A stretch of 64,000 bases of DNA from Halorutilales archaeon Cl-col2-1 (GTDB taxonomy: Archaea; Halobacteriota; Halobacteria; Halobacteriales; Afararchaeaceae), in contig CP169074.1 in the NCBI GenBank assembly GCA_041891055.1, forward strand, positions 384,001 to 448,000, written 5' to 3'. The translations under genes and the position numbers were made by a program. The number at the start of each line of letters is the position of its first letter. Position 1 is the first letter of the stretch. Positions 49,069 through 62,018 of this stretch are shown one piece after another. The notes under the pieces were generated by a model. The model saw only the letters and a program-made list of their open reading frames with translations, made no database searches and was not told the origin of the DNA.

Positions 49069-49599
49069 TCAGCACTCTTCCTCGTAGAGCTCCATCGAGT
49101 GCTCTATGGCTTCCATTGCCTCTTCCCTGTCCTCGTATCCGAGAGTCTCGGTCTCCTTGCCCTCTTCGAGAGCCTTGTAGGTCTCGAAGAAATGGGCGAT
49201 CTCCTCTCTCCTGTGTCCAGGGATGTCGGAGACATCGTCGACGTGGTCGTAACGTGGATCTTCCTCGGGGACGGCTATTATCTTGTCGTCCTTCTCACCG
49301 TCATCGAGCATCTTGAGCATGCCTATCGGACGTGCCTCGACGACACAGCCGGGGAATGTGCTGTCCTCTAAGAGGACGAGAGCGTCAAGTGGGTCTCCGT
49401 CGTCGTAGAACGACTGTGGGAGGAATCCGTAGTCACTCGGGTAATGGACGTTCGAGTGGAGCACACGGTCGAGGACACAGTCCTCGACTTCCTTGTGGTA
49501 CTCGTACTTGTTCCTCTCACCCTTGAGACACTCAACGACGACGTGTATCTGTTCGGGCGGGTTGTGTCCTGTGTCGACGTCTCTCCAGAGGTCTACCAT
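49069..49599 (-). CDS. ppa: family I inorganic pyrophosphatase
   Basis: KYEY, LDRVL, DGDPLD, DDKII. Confidence 0.95.
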   Translation of the reverse strand: MVDLWRDVDTGHNPPEQIHVVVECLKGERNKYEYHKEVEDCVLDRVLHSNVHYPSDYGFLPQSFYDDGDPLDALVLLEDSTFPGCVVEARPIGMLKMLDDGEKDDKIIAVPEEDPRYDHVDDVSDIPGHRREEIAHFFETYKALEEGKETETLGYEDREEAMEAIEHSMELYEEEC

Positions 49600-49923
49600 A
49601 CGACTTCGAGGGGACGGAGACTCAAAGAAGATTTCGCTTTCGACGAGCGTAATAAGCTCACCAGTATTTGCGAAGATTTATCTTGAGACAACGTCCTACC
49701 CATTACCATAATGCCCAGTACCTGGAGGGATCGTTTTTTGGGACTCGGAAGTCACGAAGTCGGTGTCGGAGACCGACCCGTATACGGATTCTGATAGGCG
49801 CCACCCTACGACGCCGCTTCGACGTCTGATTAGAGGTAGAGGCAGTTTCGACATAGACACAGACGCGGATACAGAGACCCAGACGCAGAGAGACACGACT
49901 ACTCGACGGAGGATTGATACTTT

Positions 49924-52617
49924 ATGTCCTTGACAGATATAGACACAGAGACTGACACCGAAGAAGACGACTCTACGTACGACCACGACGCAGTAGAGGA
50001 GAAGTGGCAGGAGAGATGGGAGGAAGAAGGTGTATTCGAGGCGGACGACGAGGGCGACGACAAGTACTACGTCCTCGGTATGTTTCCCTACCCCTCGGGA
50101 AAGCTCCACATGGGACACGTCCGCAACTACTCGATAACCGACGCCTACGCGCGGTACAGGAGGATGAAAGGGCACGAAGTCCTACATCCGATGGGATGGG
50201 ACTCGTTCGGACTCCCCGCCGAGAACGCCGCCTTAGAACGTGACACCAATCCGAGGGACTGGACTATCGACTGCATCGACTCGATGCACGACCAGATGGA
50301 GGCTATGGGGTTCGGCTACGACTGGAGCCGTGAGATAAAGACCTCCGACCCCGACTACTTCCGTTGGAACCAGTGGCTCTTCAAACGGTTCTACGACGAG
50401 GGTCTCGTCGAGAACAAGGAGGGCGAGGTCAACTGGTGTCCTTCGTGTGAGACAGTCCTCGCGAACGAACAGGTCGAGGACGACAGATGCTGGAGATGTG
50501 AGACCCCCGTCGAGACTAGGATGCTCGACCAGTGGTACTTCGAGATCACGGAGTACGCCGATGAGCTCCTAGAGTACCTCGAAGAGCTCGACGGCTGGCC
50601 CGACAGTGTCACGGAGATGCAGAGGAACTGGATAGGAAAACAGGAGGGCGCGAGGGTCGACTTCGAGGTCGAAGGCTACGGTGACGTCGAGGTCTTCACG
50701 ACACGTCTCGACACTATCCACGGAGCGACCTACATGGCACTCGCTCCCGAACATCCCGTCGCCGAGGATATCGCCGACGGAAACGACGATGTCGCCGACT
50801 TCATAGACTCGGTCGATGAGGACAGGGAAGTCGGACCCGATGCCGAGAAGAACGGCGTCTTTACCGGAGAGTACGCCGTAAACCCGGCGACTGGTGACGA
50901 GATACCCGTATACGTCGCCGACTTCGTCATGATGGACTTCGGCACGGGAGCCATCATGGCAGTCCCTGCACATGACGAGAGGGATCACGAGTTCGCCGAG
51001 AAGTACGACATAGAGATCAGACAGGTCGTCGAGCCCGAGGACGGTGACGTTGACGCTGAAGACGAGGTGTTCACTGAAGACGGCGTCCTCGTCAACTCGG
51101 GAGGATACGACGGAGTGGAAAGCGAGGAGGCGCGCAAGGCGATAGCCGAGGATCTCGACGCCGCGGAGGAAGATACCGAGTACAGGCTACGTGACTGGCT
51201 CATATCGAGACAGAGGTACTGGGGAACACCGATCCCCGTCGTCCACTGTGAAGACTGCGGGGAGGTTCTCGTCTCCGACGAAGAGCTTCCGGTCGAACTC
51301 CCCGAGTTCGTCCAGTCGACGGGCAACCCCTTAGAAGAGGTCGACGGCTTCGTCGAGACCGAGTGTCCCGAATGTGGCGGCGAGGCGAGACGTGAGACCG
51401 ACACGATGGACACATTCGTCGACTCGTCGTGGTACTTCCTGCGTTATACCTCTCCCGACTACGACGACGCCCCCTTCGACGTCGAGACCGCGAACGACTG
51501 GATGCCCGTAGACCAGTACGTCGGCGGCATAGAGCACGCAGTGATGCATCTACTCTACTCACGTTTCTTCACACACGTCCTCAACGACACCGACCTCGTC
51601 GACGTCAAGGAGCCCTTCGAGAACCTCGTGACACAGGGAATGGTTCTCTTAGAGGGAGAGAAGATGTCGAAGAGCAAGGGCAACGTCGTCTCGCCACAGA
51701 GGATAGTCGACGACTACGGTGCCGACACCGCACGTCTCTTCACTATGGGTGCCGCACTCCCCGAGAAGGACTTCGACTGGACCGAGAAGGGAGTCAAGTC
51801 GAACTACGCCTTCATAGAACGTCTCCACACACTCGTCTCGAACTTCACCGACTACGCCGAGGACGAAGACGACGCCCTAACTCGCGACGGAGCCGCAGAG
51901 AAGTACGTCGAAGCTGAGACAGACGCGACGGTAGAGACTGCGAGCGACGAGTACGAGAACTTCGAGTTCAACCACGCTGTCAGAGACGTCAAGAACCTCG
52001 TCTCTCTCCTCGAACAGTACTCCGAGTACAGGAACGGAGAGCCCGACCCCGAGGTGTTCAGAAGGGGTCTCGAAACCGCTGTCAAGGTACTCGCGCCGAT
52101 CACACCCCATGTCTCAGAGGAGATGTGGGACGAACTCGGAGGAGAGGGTCTCGTCGCCGAGGCGGACTGGCCCTCTGCGGAGGTACCCGACGACTACGCC
52201 CTCGAGGAGAGGCTGATAGAGAACACACGCGAGGACGTACGTGAGATAAGCGAGGTCGCGGGGATAGAAGACCCCGAAGAGATACGTATAATTACCGCGC
52301 CTGGCTGGAAGTACGACGCCCTACAGATCGCGCTCGACCTCGACTCCGACGCCGACGTTATCGGACGTATCATGTCAGAAGACGAAATAAGGAGACACGG
52401 CGACGCCGCCGCGAGCTACGGTCAGTACCTCCAGAAGAACCAGATGAAGCTAGAGGACGAGCTTCCGCCTGAGAGGGAAGCCGAGGCTCTCGAACGCGCT
52501 AGATGGCTCTTCGTGAAGGAGTTCGACGCCGAGATCCGGATTCAGAACGCCGACGAGTCGGACTCCGAGAGGGCGGACAAGGCACGTCCCGGAAAGCCCG
52601 CGATAGAGATAGAGTAA
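49924..52617 (+). CDS. leuS: leucine--tRNA ligase (bacterial-type core, archaeal-like C-terminus)
   Basis: MFPYPSGKLHMGH, DWLISRQRYWGTPIP, KMSKSKGN, C-terminal KARPGKPAI. Confidence 0.96.
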   Translation: MSLTDIDTETDTEEDDSTYDHDAVEEKWQERWEEEGVFEADDEGDDKYYVLGMFPYPSGKLHMGHVRNYSITDAYARYRRMKGHEVLHPMGWDSFGLPAENAALERDTNPRDWTIDCIDSMHDQMEAMGFGYDWSREIKTSDPDYFRWNQWLFKRFYDEGLVENKEGEVNWCPSCETVLANEQVEDDRCWRCETPVETRMLDQWYFEITEYADELLEYLEELDGWPDSVTEMQRNWIGKQEGARVDFEVEGYGDVEVFTTRLDTIHGATYMALAPEHPVAEDIADGNDDVADFIDSVDEDREVGPDAEKNGVFTGEYAVNPATGDEIPVYVADFVMMDFGTGAIMAVPAHDERDHEFAEKYDIEIRQVVEPEDGDVDAEDEVFTEDGVLVNSGGYDGVESEEARKAIAEDLDAAEEDTEYRLRDWLISRQRYWGTPIPVVHCEDCGEVLVSDEELPVELPEFVQSTGNPLEEVDGFVETECPECGGEARRETDTMDTFVDSSWYFLRYTSPDYDDAPFDVETANDWMPVDQYVGGIEHAVMHLLYSRFFTHVLNDTDLVDVKEPFENLVTQGMVLLEGEKMSKSKGNVVSPQRIVDDYGADTARLFTMGAALPEKDFDWTEKGVKSNYAFIERLHTLVSNFTDYAEDEDDALTRDGAAEKYVEAETDATVETASDEYENFEFNHAVRDVKNLVSLLEQYSEYRNGEPDPEVFRRGLETAVKVLAPITPHVSEEMWDELGGEGLVAEADWPSAEVPDDYALEERLIENTREDVREISEVAGIEDPEEIRIITAPGWKYDALQIALDLDSDADVIGRIMSEDEIRRHGDAAASYGQYLQKNQMKLEDELPPEREAEALERARWLFVKEFDAEIRIQNADESDSERADKARPGKPAIEIE

Positions 52618-52917
52618 TCCACCTTCCTAACTCGAAGCCAACTCGGAGTCAGCGCAGACATACATTCTCTTATCCTCCGACAGTACTTACGTGCGTGGCG
52701 AGGACTCGCATTTCGGGTCAGTTTGCTCGTCTTGTCTTATCCCTAGCGTGCCTCGAACTGATCATGGACTGGCTGCATCGGCGACGGTAGGACATCAGAC
52801 ACGCTCTATTGGAGGTGCCAGCTCCACAGTGCCCGAACGGACGCTCGCCACGGTTCACGGTGCTGTCGGAGTCGGTTTATCGTCGTCACAGCCGTCTCAC
52901 CTTATCCTCCGAGACTC

Positions 52918-52965
52918 TTTAGGCTCGCCTAAACCACATGTCGGATGTTTTTAGCCAAGCCTAAA
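52918..52965. promoter_or_regulatory. two tandem DtxR/SirR-like palindromes (TTTAGGCTCGCCTAAA 52918-52933; TTTAGCCAAGCCTAAA 52950-52965)
   Basis: inverted repeats 32 bp apart resembling the TTAGG-N4-CCTAA core of DtxR-family boxes; regulator identity is inference. Confidence 0.6.
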
Positions 52966-53039
52966 AACCTTCCGAAGTCCGTATCTCCAACTCGTCGTCG
53001 TTGATGTCGAAAGCAAGTCTTCGCTTCCGGCTTTTCGAC

Positions 53040-53273
53040 TCAGCTTAGGAGAGAGTAGCCGAAGTAGACTCCGGCTATAATTAGAAGGACTCCGACAGAC
53101 TGGACGAGACGTCTAACACGGAGGGAAGGTTCCGAGTCAGAGCCGTACTCTCCCCGTCTGTCGGTGGGAAGACGTCCTCCGAGGTTGACACGGACTACTA
53201 TCTCGGGGAACCTCAGAAACACGAGACCTACTACTACGCCGATTACTGCCGAAAGAAGGGTTCGTATATCCAT
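53040..53273 (-). CDS. small two-TM membrane protein
   Basis: 77 aa, directly downstream of htpX. Confidence 0.7.
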   Translation of the reverse strand: MDIRTLLSAVIGVVVGLVFLRFPEIVVRVNLGGRLPTDRRGEYGSDSEPSLRVRRLVQSVGVLLIIAGVYFGYSLLS

Positions 53274-53280
53274 CTCAGTC

Positions 53281-54108
53281 TCAGTAGCTACGCAGGCGTT
53301 CTATCCTCTTCTCGACCGGAGGATGAGTAGCGAACAGACGTGCGATACCGACTCCGTCGCCGAAGATACAGAGCGCGTTGACATTGGCGTCGACCTCGGA
53401 TTTACGTGAACGCTCGTTTCCGCGGCTTATCTTTTCGAGGGCACTCGCAAGAGGCTCCCCACCGCCGATCTCGGATGCTGCGTCCCTGTCGGCGACGTAC
53501 TCCCTGTAACGTGAGATGGCGAAGACGACTGTCATCACCAGCATCTGAACCACCTGTCCGACTACTATCGCCATGAAGAAGTCGGCGAGGTCGTTGTCTC
53601 CGGTGAGGAGAACAGCCCACTCAGCCGTTATAGCGACTATCGAGGCTATGCCTTGACCCAGAACCATCATAACCACGTCACGGTTACGTATATGTGCGAG
53701 CTCGTGAGCGAGGACTCCCTCCACCTCGTCGGAGTTAAGCCTGTTGAGGAGCTCCTGTGACACGACGACAGTTCCGGCTCCCTTGCGTCCGACCGCGAAG
53801 GCGTTCGGTACCCCCATCTTAGCCACCATCAGACGCGGCTTCTCTATTCCCATGTCGTTGGACAGCGACTCGACACGTCTGTGTATCTCAGGGGCTCGAC
53901 TCTCGGGAAGGTCATCGGCTCCTACGCTTCTGAGAGCCGCCCACTTGCCGATCTTGTACTGAAAACCGACCAGTCCTATGCTTCCGACGAGAACTAAGGG
54001 GAGTGAAAGACCGAAGACACCCATCGCCACAGCGGCTGCAACAGCATACAGTGCAAAGAGGACTGATCCGGCTATTAGCATCCGAATCTTGAGTCCAAGA
54101 TGTCGCAT
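53281..54108 (-). CDS. htpX: M48 zinc metalloprotease, HtpX-like
   Basis: PNAFAVG, HELAH, SRYREYVAD, THPP. Confidence 0.88.
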   Translation of the reverse strand: MRHLGLKIRMLIAGSVLFALYAVAAAVAMGVFGLSLPLVLVGSIGLVGFQYKIGKWAALRSVGADDLPESRAPEIHRRVESLSNDMGIEKPRLMVAKMGVPNAFAVGRKGAGTVVVSQELLNRLNSDEVEGVLAHELAHIRNRDVVMMVLGQGIASIVAITAEWAVLLTGDNDLADFFMAIVVGQVVQMLVMTVVFAISRYREYVADRDAASEIGGGEPLASALEKISRGNERSRKSEVDANVNALCIFGDGVGIARLFATHPPVEKRIERLRSY

Positions 54109-54209
54109 ATCTGAGACTTGTTACGTCACGCATAAATGAGTGGTGTGGGTACTGTTGCCACTCTCAGCTAACCAAAAGACTCGTGTCCCCACGGCTAAAA
54201 CCGACTGTA

Positions 54210-54863
54210 ATGCCTTCTCAGAGAGAGTTCGACACGAAGCTCCGAGAGCTGTCTAACTACGTCGAACGTATAGGCGACGAAGTAACAGGTGAGGTTGAGG
54301 GAGAGGCTGACGGATCGCCTCTCCATGGATACGAATGTGACCACGGAGGGCACAAGTACCGGATAATCGGGACTCAGGACTGGGAGTACTTCATACTGAG
54401 GTACTCTTACCAGATATACGGTGACTACGCCGTAGCCCAGAAGCTCCAGAGAGCGGAGGTACCTGAAGCGAGTGAAAACCAAGAGGTCAATATAAACGTC
54501 GATCTGACCGACCAAGACCTCCAGAATGCGAAAGAGGAACTATACCAACAGCTTTCTCAGGAGAGCCAGGAGGAGGTGGCTCAGGTTCGACAGAAGATGA
54601 TACAGATGCTCTCGACCCCCGAATCAGCGATTTCTTTTGTGCCTGATGACTCTCAGCAGATTCACGGGTTCAACATCGACAGAAAGATCTTCCCTTACTC
54701 AGAGAGATTCGGACTCTCGGAGTTCAACCGCAGTGTTCAGACTGTGGTGAGCCTGGGTTTCAAAGGGGTTGAGTACCTCAAAAACAGCTACGGCATCCGA
54801 AATATCAGTATCTCTCAGTCGAGCACGAAGCAGGATCATCTTCGAGACCGCGGCTTTCGGTAG
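54210..54863 (+). CDS. hypothetical protein
   Basis: 217-aa acidic, Gln-rich ORF; no motif firmly recognised. Confidence 0.65.
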   Translation: MPSQREFDTKLRELSNYVERIGDEVTGEVEGEADGSPLHGYECDHGGHKYRIIGTQDWEYFILRYSYQIYGDYAVAQKLQRAEVPEASENQEVNINVDLTDQDLQNAKEELYQQLSQESQEEVAQVRQKMIQMLSTPESAISFVPDDSQQIHGFNIDRKIFPYSERFGLSEFNRSVQTVVSLGFKGVEYLKNSYGIRNISISQSSTKQDHLRDRGFR

Positions 54864-54925
54864 GAGTCAGTCTTGGATATCATCGTGGGAGTTATATCTC
54901 GGAGCCAAGAAGGTTTAGAAGAGAG

Positions 54926-57166
54926 ATGGACAGCCCGACCCGGATCCTGGTTGTCGACGACGACGAAGTCGCCGACTCCCTGGAACGGAGCCACAGCGGG
55001 TTCGACGTCGAAACCGCGTCGTGCTATACAGACTGTCTCGACCGGATAGTCTCGGTTGACTACGACTGCGTGGTCAGCGGCTACGGAGTACCCGGAGGAG
55101 ACGGTATCAAGCTACTCGAATCCGTGCGCAATAGGTTTCCAAATCTTCCCTTCATTCTGTACACTGACAGTGGCTCGGAGGAGATCGCTAGCAAGGCTAT
55201 CTCAGCAGATGTCACTGACTACCTTACGAAAGACAGACACGCCGACGGTGACCCGGGTCACGAGGCACTAGCCCGCAGGATACTCGGTGCAGTTGAGGAT
55301 TACCACGCCGAAAAGGAAGACGGGGTAGGCGAGCATGACGCCTTGTCTCGGCGTATCGACATCGACGTGGAGACAGTCTCCCAGAGCCTCAAAGAGCCTA
55401 TCGTCGCGGTCGATGCCACCGGTCAAATCGCGTTCGCTAACCAGAGACTCCTCAACGTCACACAGCTCTCGTCGGATGATACTCTGGGAGCTAGTTACTA
55501 CGTGATGTTCAGACGTTTCGTCGATGAGGGATTCGACCGTCTGACTCAAGCAGTCGAGGAGGTCTCCGACGGCGACTCCGACGAGAGACGTGTCGAGGTA
55601 CTGACACGACATCCCGACTCAGCACCTGTTCCCCCTAAGTTACCCGCGGAGGCACGCGTAGTCCCTATGGAAGAAGACGGTTCGAGGATCGGGTCAGTAG
55701 TAGTCTGGCGCGATATCTCCGAACGCAAACAGATTGAGTCCGAGCTTCGGAGACGTGAGAGACAGTTCCGTGCTATGTTCGAGCGCCACAGTGCTCCCAT
55801 GCTTCTGATCGAACCCGATACGGGTAGTATTCAGGAGGCGAACCAGGCGGCGGTCGAGTTCTACGGCTACTCAGACGACGAACTCACGTCGATGGGAATA
55901 CAGGAGATAAATACTCTCTCCCCGGAACAGGTTGAGGAGGAACGTAAGAAGGCGGAGAGACAAGACCGCAATCACTTCGTCTTCAAGCACAAACTCTCCG
56001 ACGGTGAGATCCGTACCGTCGAGGTACATTCGTCCCCAATCGAGTTCGAGGGCGACGAGCTTCTCTTCTCAATCATACACGATATTACCGAGAGGAGGAG
56101 ACAGGAGAAAGTCAGAAAGCGGTTCGAACGAGCCATAGAAGAGACGGGACACGCGGTCTATATCACCGACTCAGACGGCGTGATAGAGTACGTCAATCCG
56201 GCGTTTGAACGTATAACAGGCTACACCGCTGAGGAGGCTATCGGTAAGACGCCTCGTATTCTCAAGTCGGGAAGGATGGACGACGACTACTACGAGGAGC
56301 TATGGAAAACCGTGAAGTCGGGGAAGATATGGAGCGAGGAGATATACGATCAACGGAAGTCGGGGGACATATACATCGCTCACCAGACGATAGCCCCAAT
56401 AACTCAGGACGGAGAGATAACCGGATACGTCGCTATCCAGAACGACATCTCAGAGCGTAAGGAGTACGAGCACGAGATAGAGAAAAAGAACAGACAGCTT
56501 TCGGTCATGGATCGTGTCCTCCGCCATAACCTACGTAACGACCTGAACGTCGTCAAGGGACACGCCGAGCTAATCAGGGATAGTGTCGGAAGAGGAGAGG
56601 ATAGGAACTCCGTAGATATTAGATCCCATTCAGAAACGATCATAGACGAGACTCAACAGCTTCTCAAGACTGCCGACAAGCAACGTGAGATTACGAATCT
56701 TCTCGCCGACCCTTCGTCGGTGGGCGAGGTCGACATCGCGGCGATGATCGAGTCGAAAGCCGAGAAGTTCCGTGAGAAGTATCCCGACGCCGACATATCC
56801 GTGTCAGTCGCCGAGTCCAGACCCACTGTCGGAGCTATACCCGAGATAGGAACCGCTCTTGAGGAGCTAATCGACAACTCGTTGTCCCACTCCGACCGGT
56901 CGACACCTAAGGTCGACGTAGAGCTAACACTCGACGAGGAAGAGGCTGTTGTCGAGGTCAGGGACAACGGTTCGGGAATCCCCGAGATGGAGAGGAAGGT
57001 TCTGACAGACAATGAGTCTATCGAGCCACTCTACCACGGAAGCGGTCTCGGACTCTGGCTCGTCAAAGAGATAATCGATCAGAGCGGCGGATCACTCGAC
57101 TTCGACGAGAGGGAGTCGCGGGGAAGTATAGTCAGACTCCGTCTCGGACTACTGACTGACGTTTAG
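54926..57166 (+). CDS. hybrid sensor histidine kinase (REC-PAS-PAS-PAS-HisKA-HATPase)
   Basis: ILVVDDD, three PAS/PAC repeats, RHNLRN, DNGSGIP, HGSGLGL. Confidence 0.92.
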   Translation: MDSPTRILVVDDDEVADSLERSHSGFDVETASCYTDCLDRIVSVDYDCVVSGYGVPGGDGIKLLESVRNRFPNLPFILYTDSGSEEIASKAISADVTDYLTKDRHADGDPGHEALARRILGAVEDYHAEKEDGVGEHDALSRRIDIDVETVSQSLKEPIVAVDATGQIAFANQRLLNVTQLSSDDTLGASYYVMFRRFVDEGFDRLTQAVEEVSDGDSDERRVEVLTRHPDSAPVPPKLPAEARVVPMEEDGSRIGSVVVWRDISERKQIESELRRRERQFRAMFERHSAPMLLIEPDTGSIQEANQAAVEFYGYSDDELTSMGIQEINTLSPEQVEEERKKAERQDRNHFVFKHKLSDGEIRTVEVHSSPIEFEGDELLFSIIHDITERRRQEKVRKRFERAIEETGHAVYITDSDGVIEYVNPAFERITGYTAEEAIGKTPRILKSGRMDDDYYEELWKTVKSGKIWSEEIYDQRKSGDIYIAHQTIAPITQDGEITGYVAIQNDISERKEYEHEIEKKNRQLSVMDRVLRHNLRNDLNVVKGHAELIRDSVGRGEDRNSVDIRSHSETIIDETQQLLKTADKQREITNLLADPSSVGEVDIAAMIESKAEKFREKYPDADISVSVAESRPTVGAIPEIGTALEELIDNSLSHSDRSTPKVDVELTLDEEEAVVEVRDNGSGIPEMERKVLTDNESIEPLYHGSGLGLWLVKEIIDQSGGSLDFDERESRGSIVRLRLGLLTDV

Positions 57167-57213
57167 GCGAAGAAAAGCCGAAGAACCGGATCGAGATGAC
57201 GCGTTTAGTTTTC

Positions 57214-59852
<2,639 letters not shown>

Positions 59853-59888
59853 CTGACTGTGCTGTGGGTAAGAGAAAAAGACGCTGGT

Positions 59889-60155
59889 CTAAAGCCTTCC
59901 GACGTCCTCGACACTCACGCTCTCGACGTCGTCGACGTCGGCGAACGCCTCCTCGACCGCCTCGGTTCCTCCCGCCTCGTCGGGGACGACGACAGTCACT
60001 ATGAGTGCGGTAAGACCGAATGCGACGTCTTCGGTGTCGACGTTGCTTATCTTGGCGTTTTCGGGAAGAGTCCCTTCGAGTCTCTCCCTGAGACCGTCGA
60101 GGTCGATGTCGGGGCCCGTGGGCATGACCTTGATCTGAGCAGCTACCTTAGCCAT
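59889..60155 (-). CDS. ef1b: elongation factor 1-beta
   Basis: [20 protein letters not shown]. Confidence 0.95.
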   Translation of the reverse strand: MAKVAAQIKVMPTGPDIDLDGLRERLEGTLPENAKISNVDTEDVAFGLTALIVTVVVPDEAGGTEAVEEAFADVDDVESVSVEDVGRL

Positions 60156-60159
60156 CTTA

Positions 60160-60339
60160 TCACGGTCCTACGAATCCGCAGTCGGGGCACTTGTACTTGT
60201 TACCCTGTTTTCTGCAGTTCGAACAACGGTAGATCTCGTGTCCACAGTCGGGACACTTGAACTGAGCGTATCCCGTGCCGACTATCGTGATGCCACACGA
60301 GACACAGCTCTTGCGCTGATCCTGTTCTGCTTGGCTCAT
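60160..60339 (-). CDS. Zn-ribbon microprotein (HVO_2753-like), absent from the ORF track
   Basis: [59 protein letters not shown], four CxxC, usual position upstream of EF-1beta. Confidence 0.92.
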   Translation of the reverse strand: MSQAEQDQRKSCVSCGITIVGTGYAQFKCPDCGHEIYRCSNCRKQGNKYKCPDCGFVGP

Positions 60340-60384
60340 AGAAGGTGATTCGTCGGCTCAGTTGATAAGGTTTTATACCTGACT

Positions 60385-61041
60385 TTACTTCATCGCGGGA
60401 CTCTCGCGGTCTCCCCAGTCGTCGAGGAAGGCTTCGAGTCCCTCGTCAGTCTTGGGATGCTCGAACATGCCGTCGAGCACACTAGGCGGAAGCGTAGCGA
60501 CGTCTGCGCCCATCTTAGCCGACTCCTTGACGTGTTTGGGATGTCTTATGCTCGCTACGAGTATCTGAGTCTCGAAGTCGTACGAGCCGTAGATCTGGGA
60601 TATCTCGTCTATCAGACCCATTCCGTCGTGTCCTATGTCGTCTATCCTGCCGACGAAGGGCGAGACAAATGTCGCGCCGTTCTTCGCGGCGAGGAGAGCC
60701 TGGTTGGGCGAGAATACGAGTGTGACGTTGGTGTCTATGCCCTCTGCGGTGAGTGTCTTGAGTGCCTTCATTCCGTCACGTGTCATCGGGAGCTTGACGG
60801 CGATGTTGTCCCCCCATGTGTCGTACTCGCGCGCCTCCTCTATCATTCCCTCAGCGTCGGTTGCGATGACCTCGACGCTTATCGGACCCTCGACGAAGTC
60901 GTCGAGTTCGCTTATTATCTCGTCGTACTCCCTTCCCGTGTCGGAGACGAGAGACGGGTTCGTCGTCACACCGTCTACGAATCCGAGCTCGTGTGCCTCA
61001 CGTACCTCTTCTACGTCTGCTGAGTCTATGAAGAACTTCAT
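60385..61041 (-). CDS. tal: transaldolase (short TalC/MipB type)
   Basis: FIDSA, GVTTNPS, SVEV, Schiff-base VKLP, SPFVGR (Glu/Phe pattern of transaldolase, not FSA). Confidence 0.88.
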   Translation of the reverse strand: MKFFIDSADVEEVREAHELGFVDGVTTNPSLVSDTGREYDEIISELDDFVEGPISVEVIATDAEGMIEEAREYDTWGDNIAVKLPMTRDGMKALKTLTAEGIDTNVTLVFSPNQALLAAKNGATFVSPFVGRIDDIGHDGMGLIDEISQIYGSYDFETQILVASIRHPKHVKESAKMGADVATLPPSVLDGMFEHPKTDEGLEAFLDDWGDRESPAMK

Positions 61042-61070
61042 TATGTATCGTACCTGTTTGGCTGTCTTAC

Positions 61071-62018
61071 TTAAAGTAACTCCTTTGCCGACTCGACTAT
61101 GTCGTCTGCCGTGAGACCGTACGCCTCGTAGAGGTCGTCGGGAAGACCCGACTCCCCGAAGGTGTCGTCGACTCCGACACGTCTCATAGGAACGGGACAA
61201 CTCTCTGTGACAGTCTCGGCTACCGCGCTTCCGAGTCCTCCTATCACAGAGTGATCCTCGGCGGTGACTATGCCTCGCGTCTCCTCGGCGGCTTCTACCA
61301 CCAGATCGTCGTCAAGGGGCTTTATCGACGGCATGTTGATGACGCGAGCGTCTATACCCTCGTCGGCGAGCTTCTCTCCCGCCTCTATCGCCTCGTGGAG
61401 CATGGCTCCGTGTGCGATTACTGTCACGTCGTCTCCGTCTCTCATCACGGTACCCTCGCCTATCTCGGGGTCGTGGTCGTCGTCGAATACTACCGGAACG
61501 TCCTCACGTATCAGACGGAAGTAGACCGGACTGTCGTCGTCTGCGATCTTCTCGACGTACTTCTCAGCCTCGACTGCGTCGCCGGGCGAGATGACCTTCA
61601 TGTTGGGGAGAGTCCTGTATATCGAGACGTCCTCTATCGCTTGGGCACTCTCTCCGTCCTGTCCCGTGATGAGACCCGCGTGGCTTCCCGCGACGGTCAC
61701 GTTGAGGTCGTTCCTCGCTATCTGGTTTCTGACCTGTTCGAATCCCCTCTCGGTGAATATAGCGAATGTGCTCGCGAACGCGGTCTTTCCTGTCGATGCC
61801 ATTCCCGCGGCGGTCACCATCATGTCCTGTTCTGCGATACCCATGTTGAACCAGCGGTCGGGGTTCTCGTCCTTGAACCAAGCGCCTCGTGTCGATCCCG
61901 CGAGGTCGGCGTCGAGTGCGACTACGTCTTCTCTCTCTCTTCCGATCTCTACGAGACCGTATCCGTATCCGTTCCTCGTCGGCAGTTCGTCGTGTTCAGA
62001 AGGTGGTTTCGACATCAT
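61071..62018 (-). CDS. tktB: transketolase C-terminal subunit
   Basis: [27 protein letters not shown]. Confidence 0.9.
   Translation of the reverse strand: MMSKPPSEHDELPTRNGYGYGLVEIGREREDVVALDADLAGSTRGAWFKDENPDRWFNMGIAEQDMMVTAAGMASTGKTAFASTFAIFTERGFEQVRNQIARNDLNVTVAGSHAGLITGQDGESAQAIEDVSIYRTLPNMKVISPGDAVEAEKYVEKIADDDSPVYFRLIREDVPVVFDDDHDPEIGEGTVMRDGDDVTVIAHGAMLHEAIEAGEKLADEGIDARVINMPSIKPLDDDLVVEAAEETRGIVTAEDHSVIGGLGSAVAETVTESCPVPMRRVGVDDTFGESGLPDDLYEAYGLTADDIVESAKELL

Noticed and set aside
52691-52954. 87-aa GTG-start ORF in the same gap
   Set aside because: Not acidic, Ser/Gly-rich, atypical codons; unlikely to be a protein in this proteome
53006-53039. Inverted repeat GTCGAAAGC...GCTTTTCGAC after the htpX operon
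   Set aside because: Possible 3'-end structure but imperfect and unsupported; not called as a terminator
52620-53040. RNase P RNA, SRP RNA, tRNA or mini-CRISPR in the leuS downstream gap
   Set aside because: No P4, SRP helix-8 or cloverleaf motifs; repeats are only 12 bp and irregularly spaced; no cas genes
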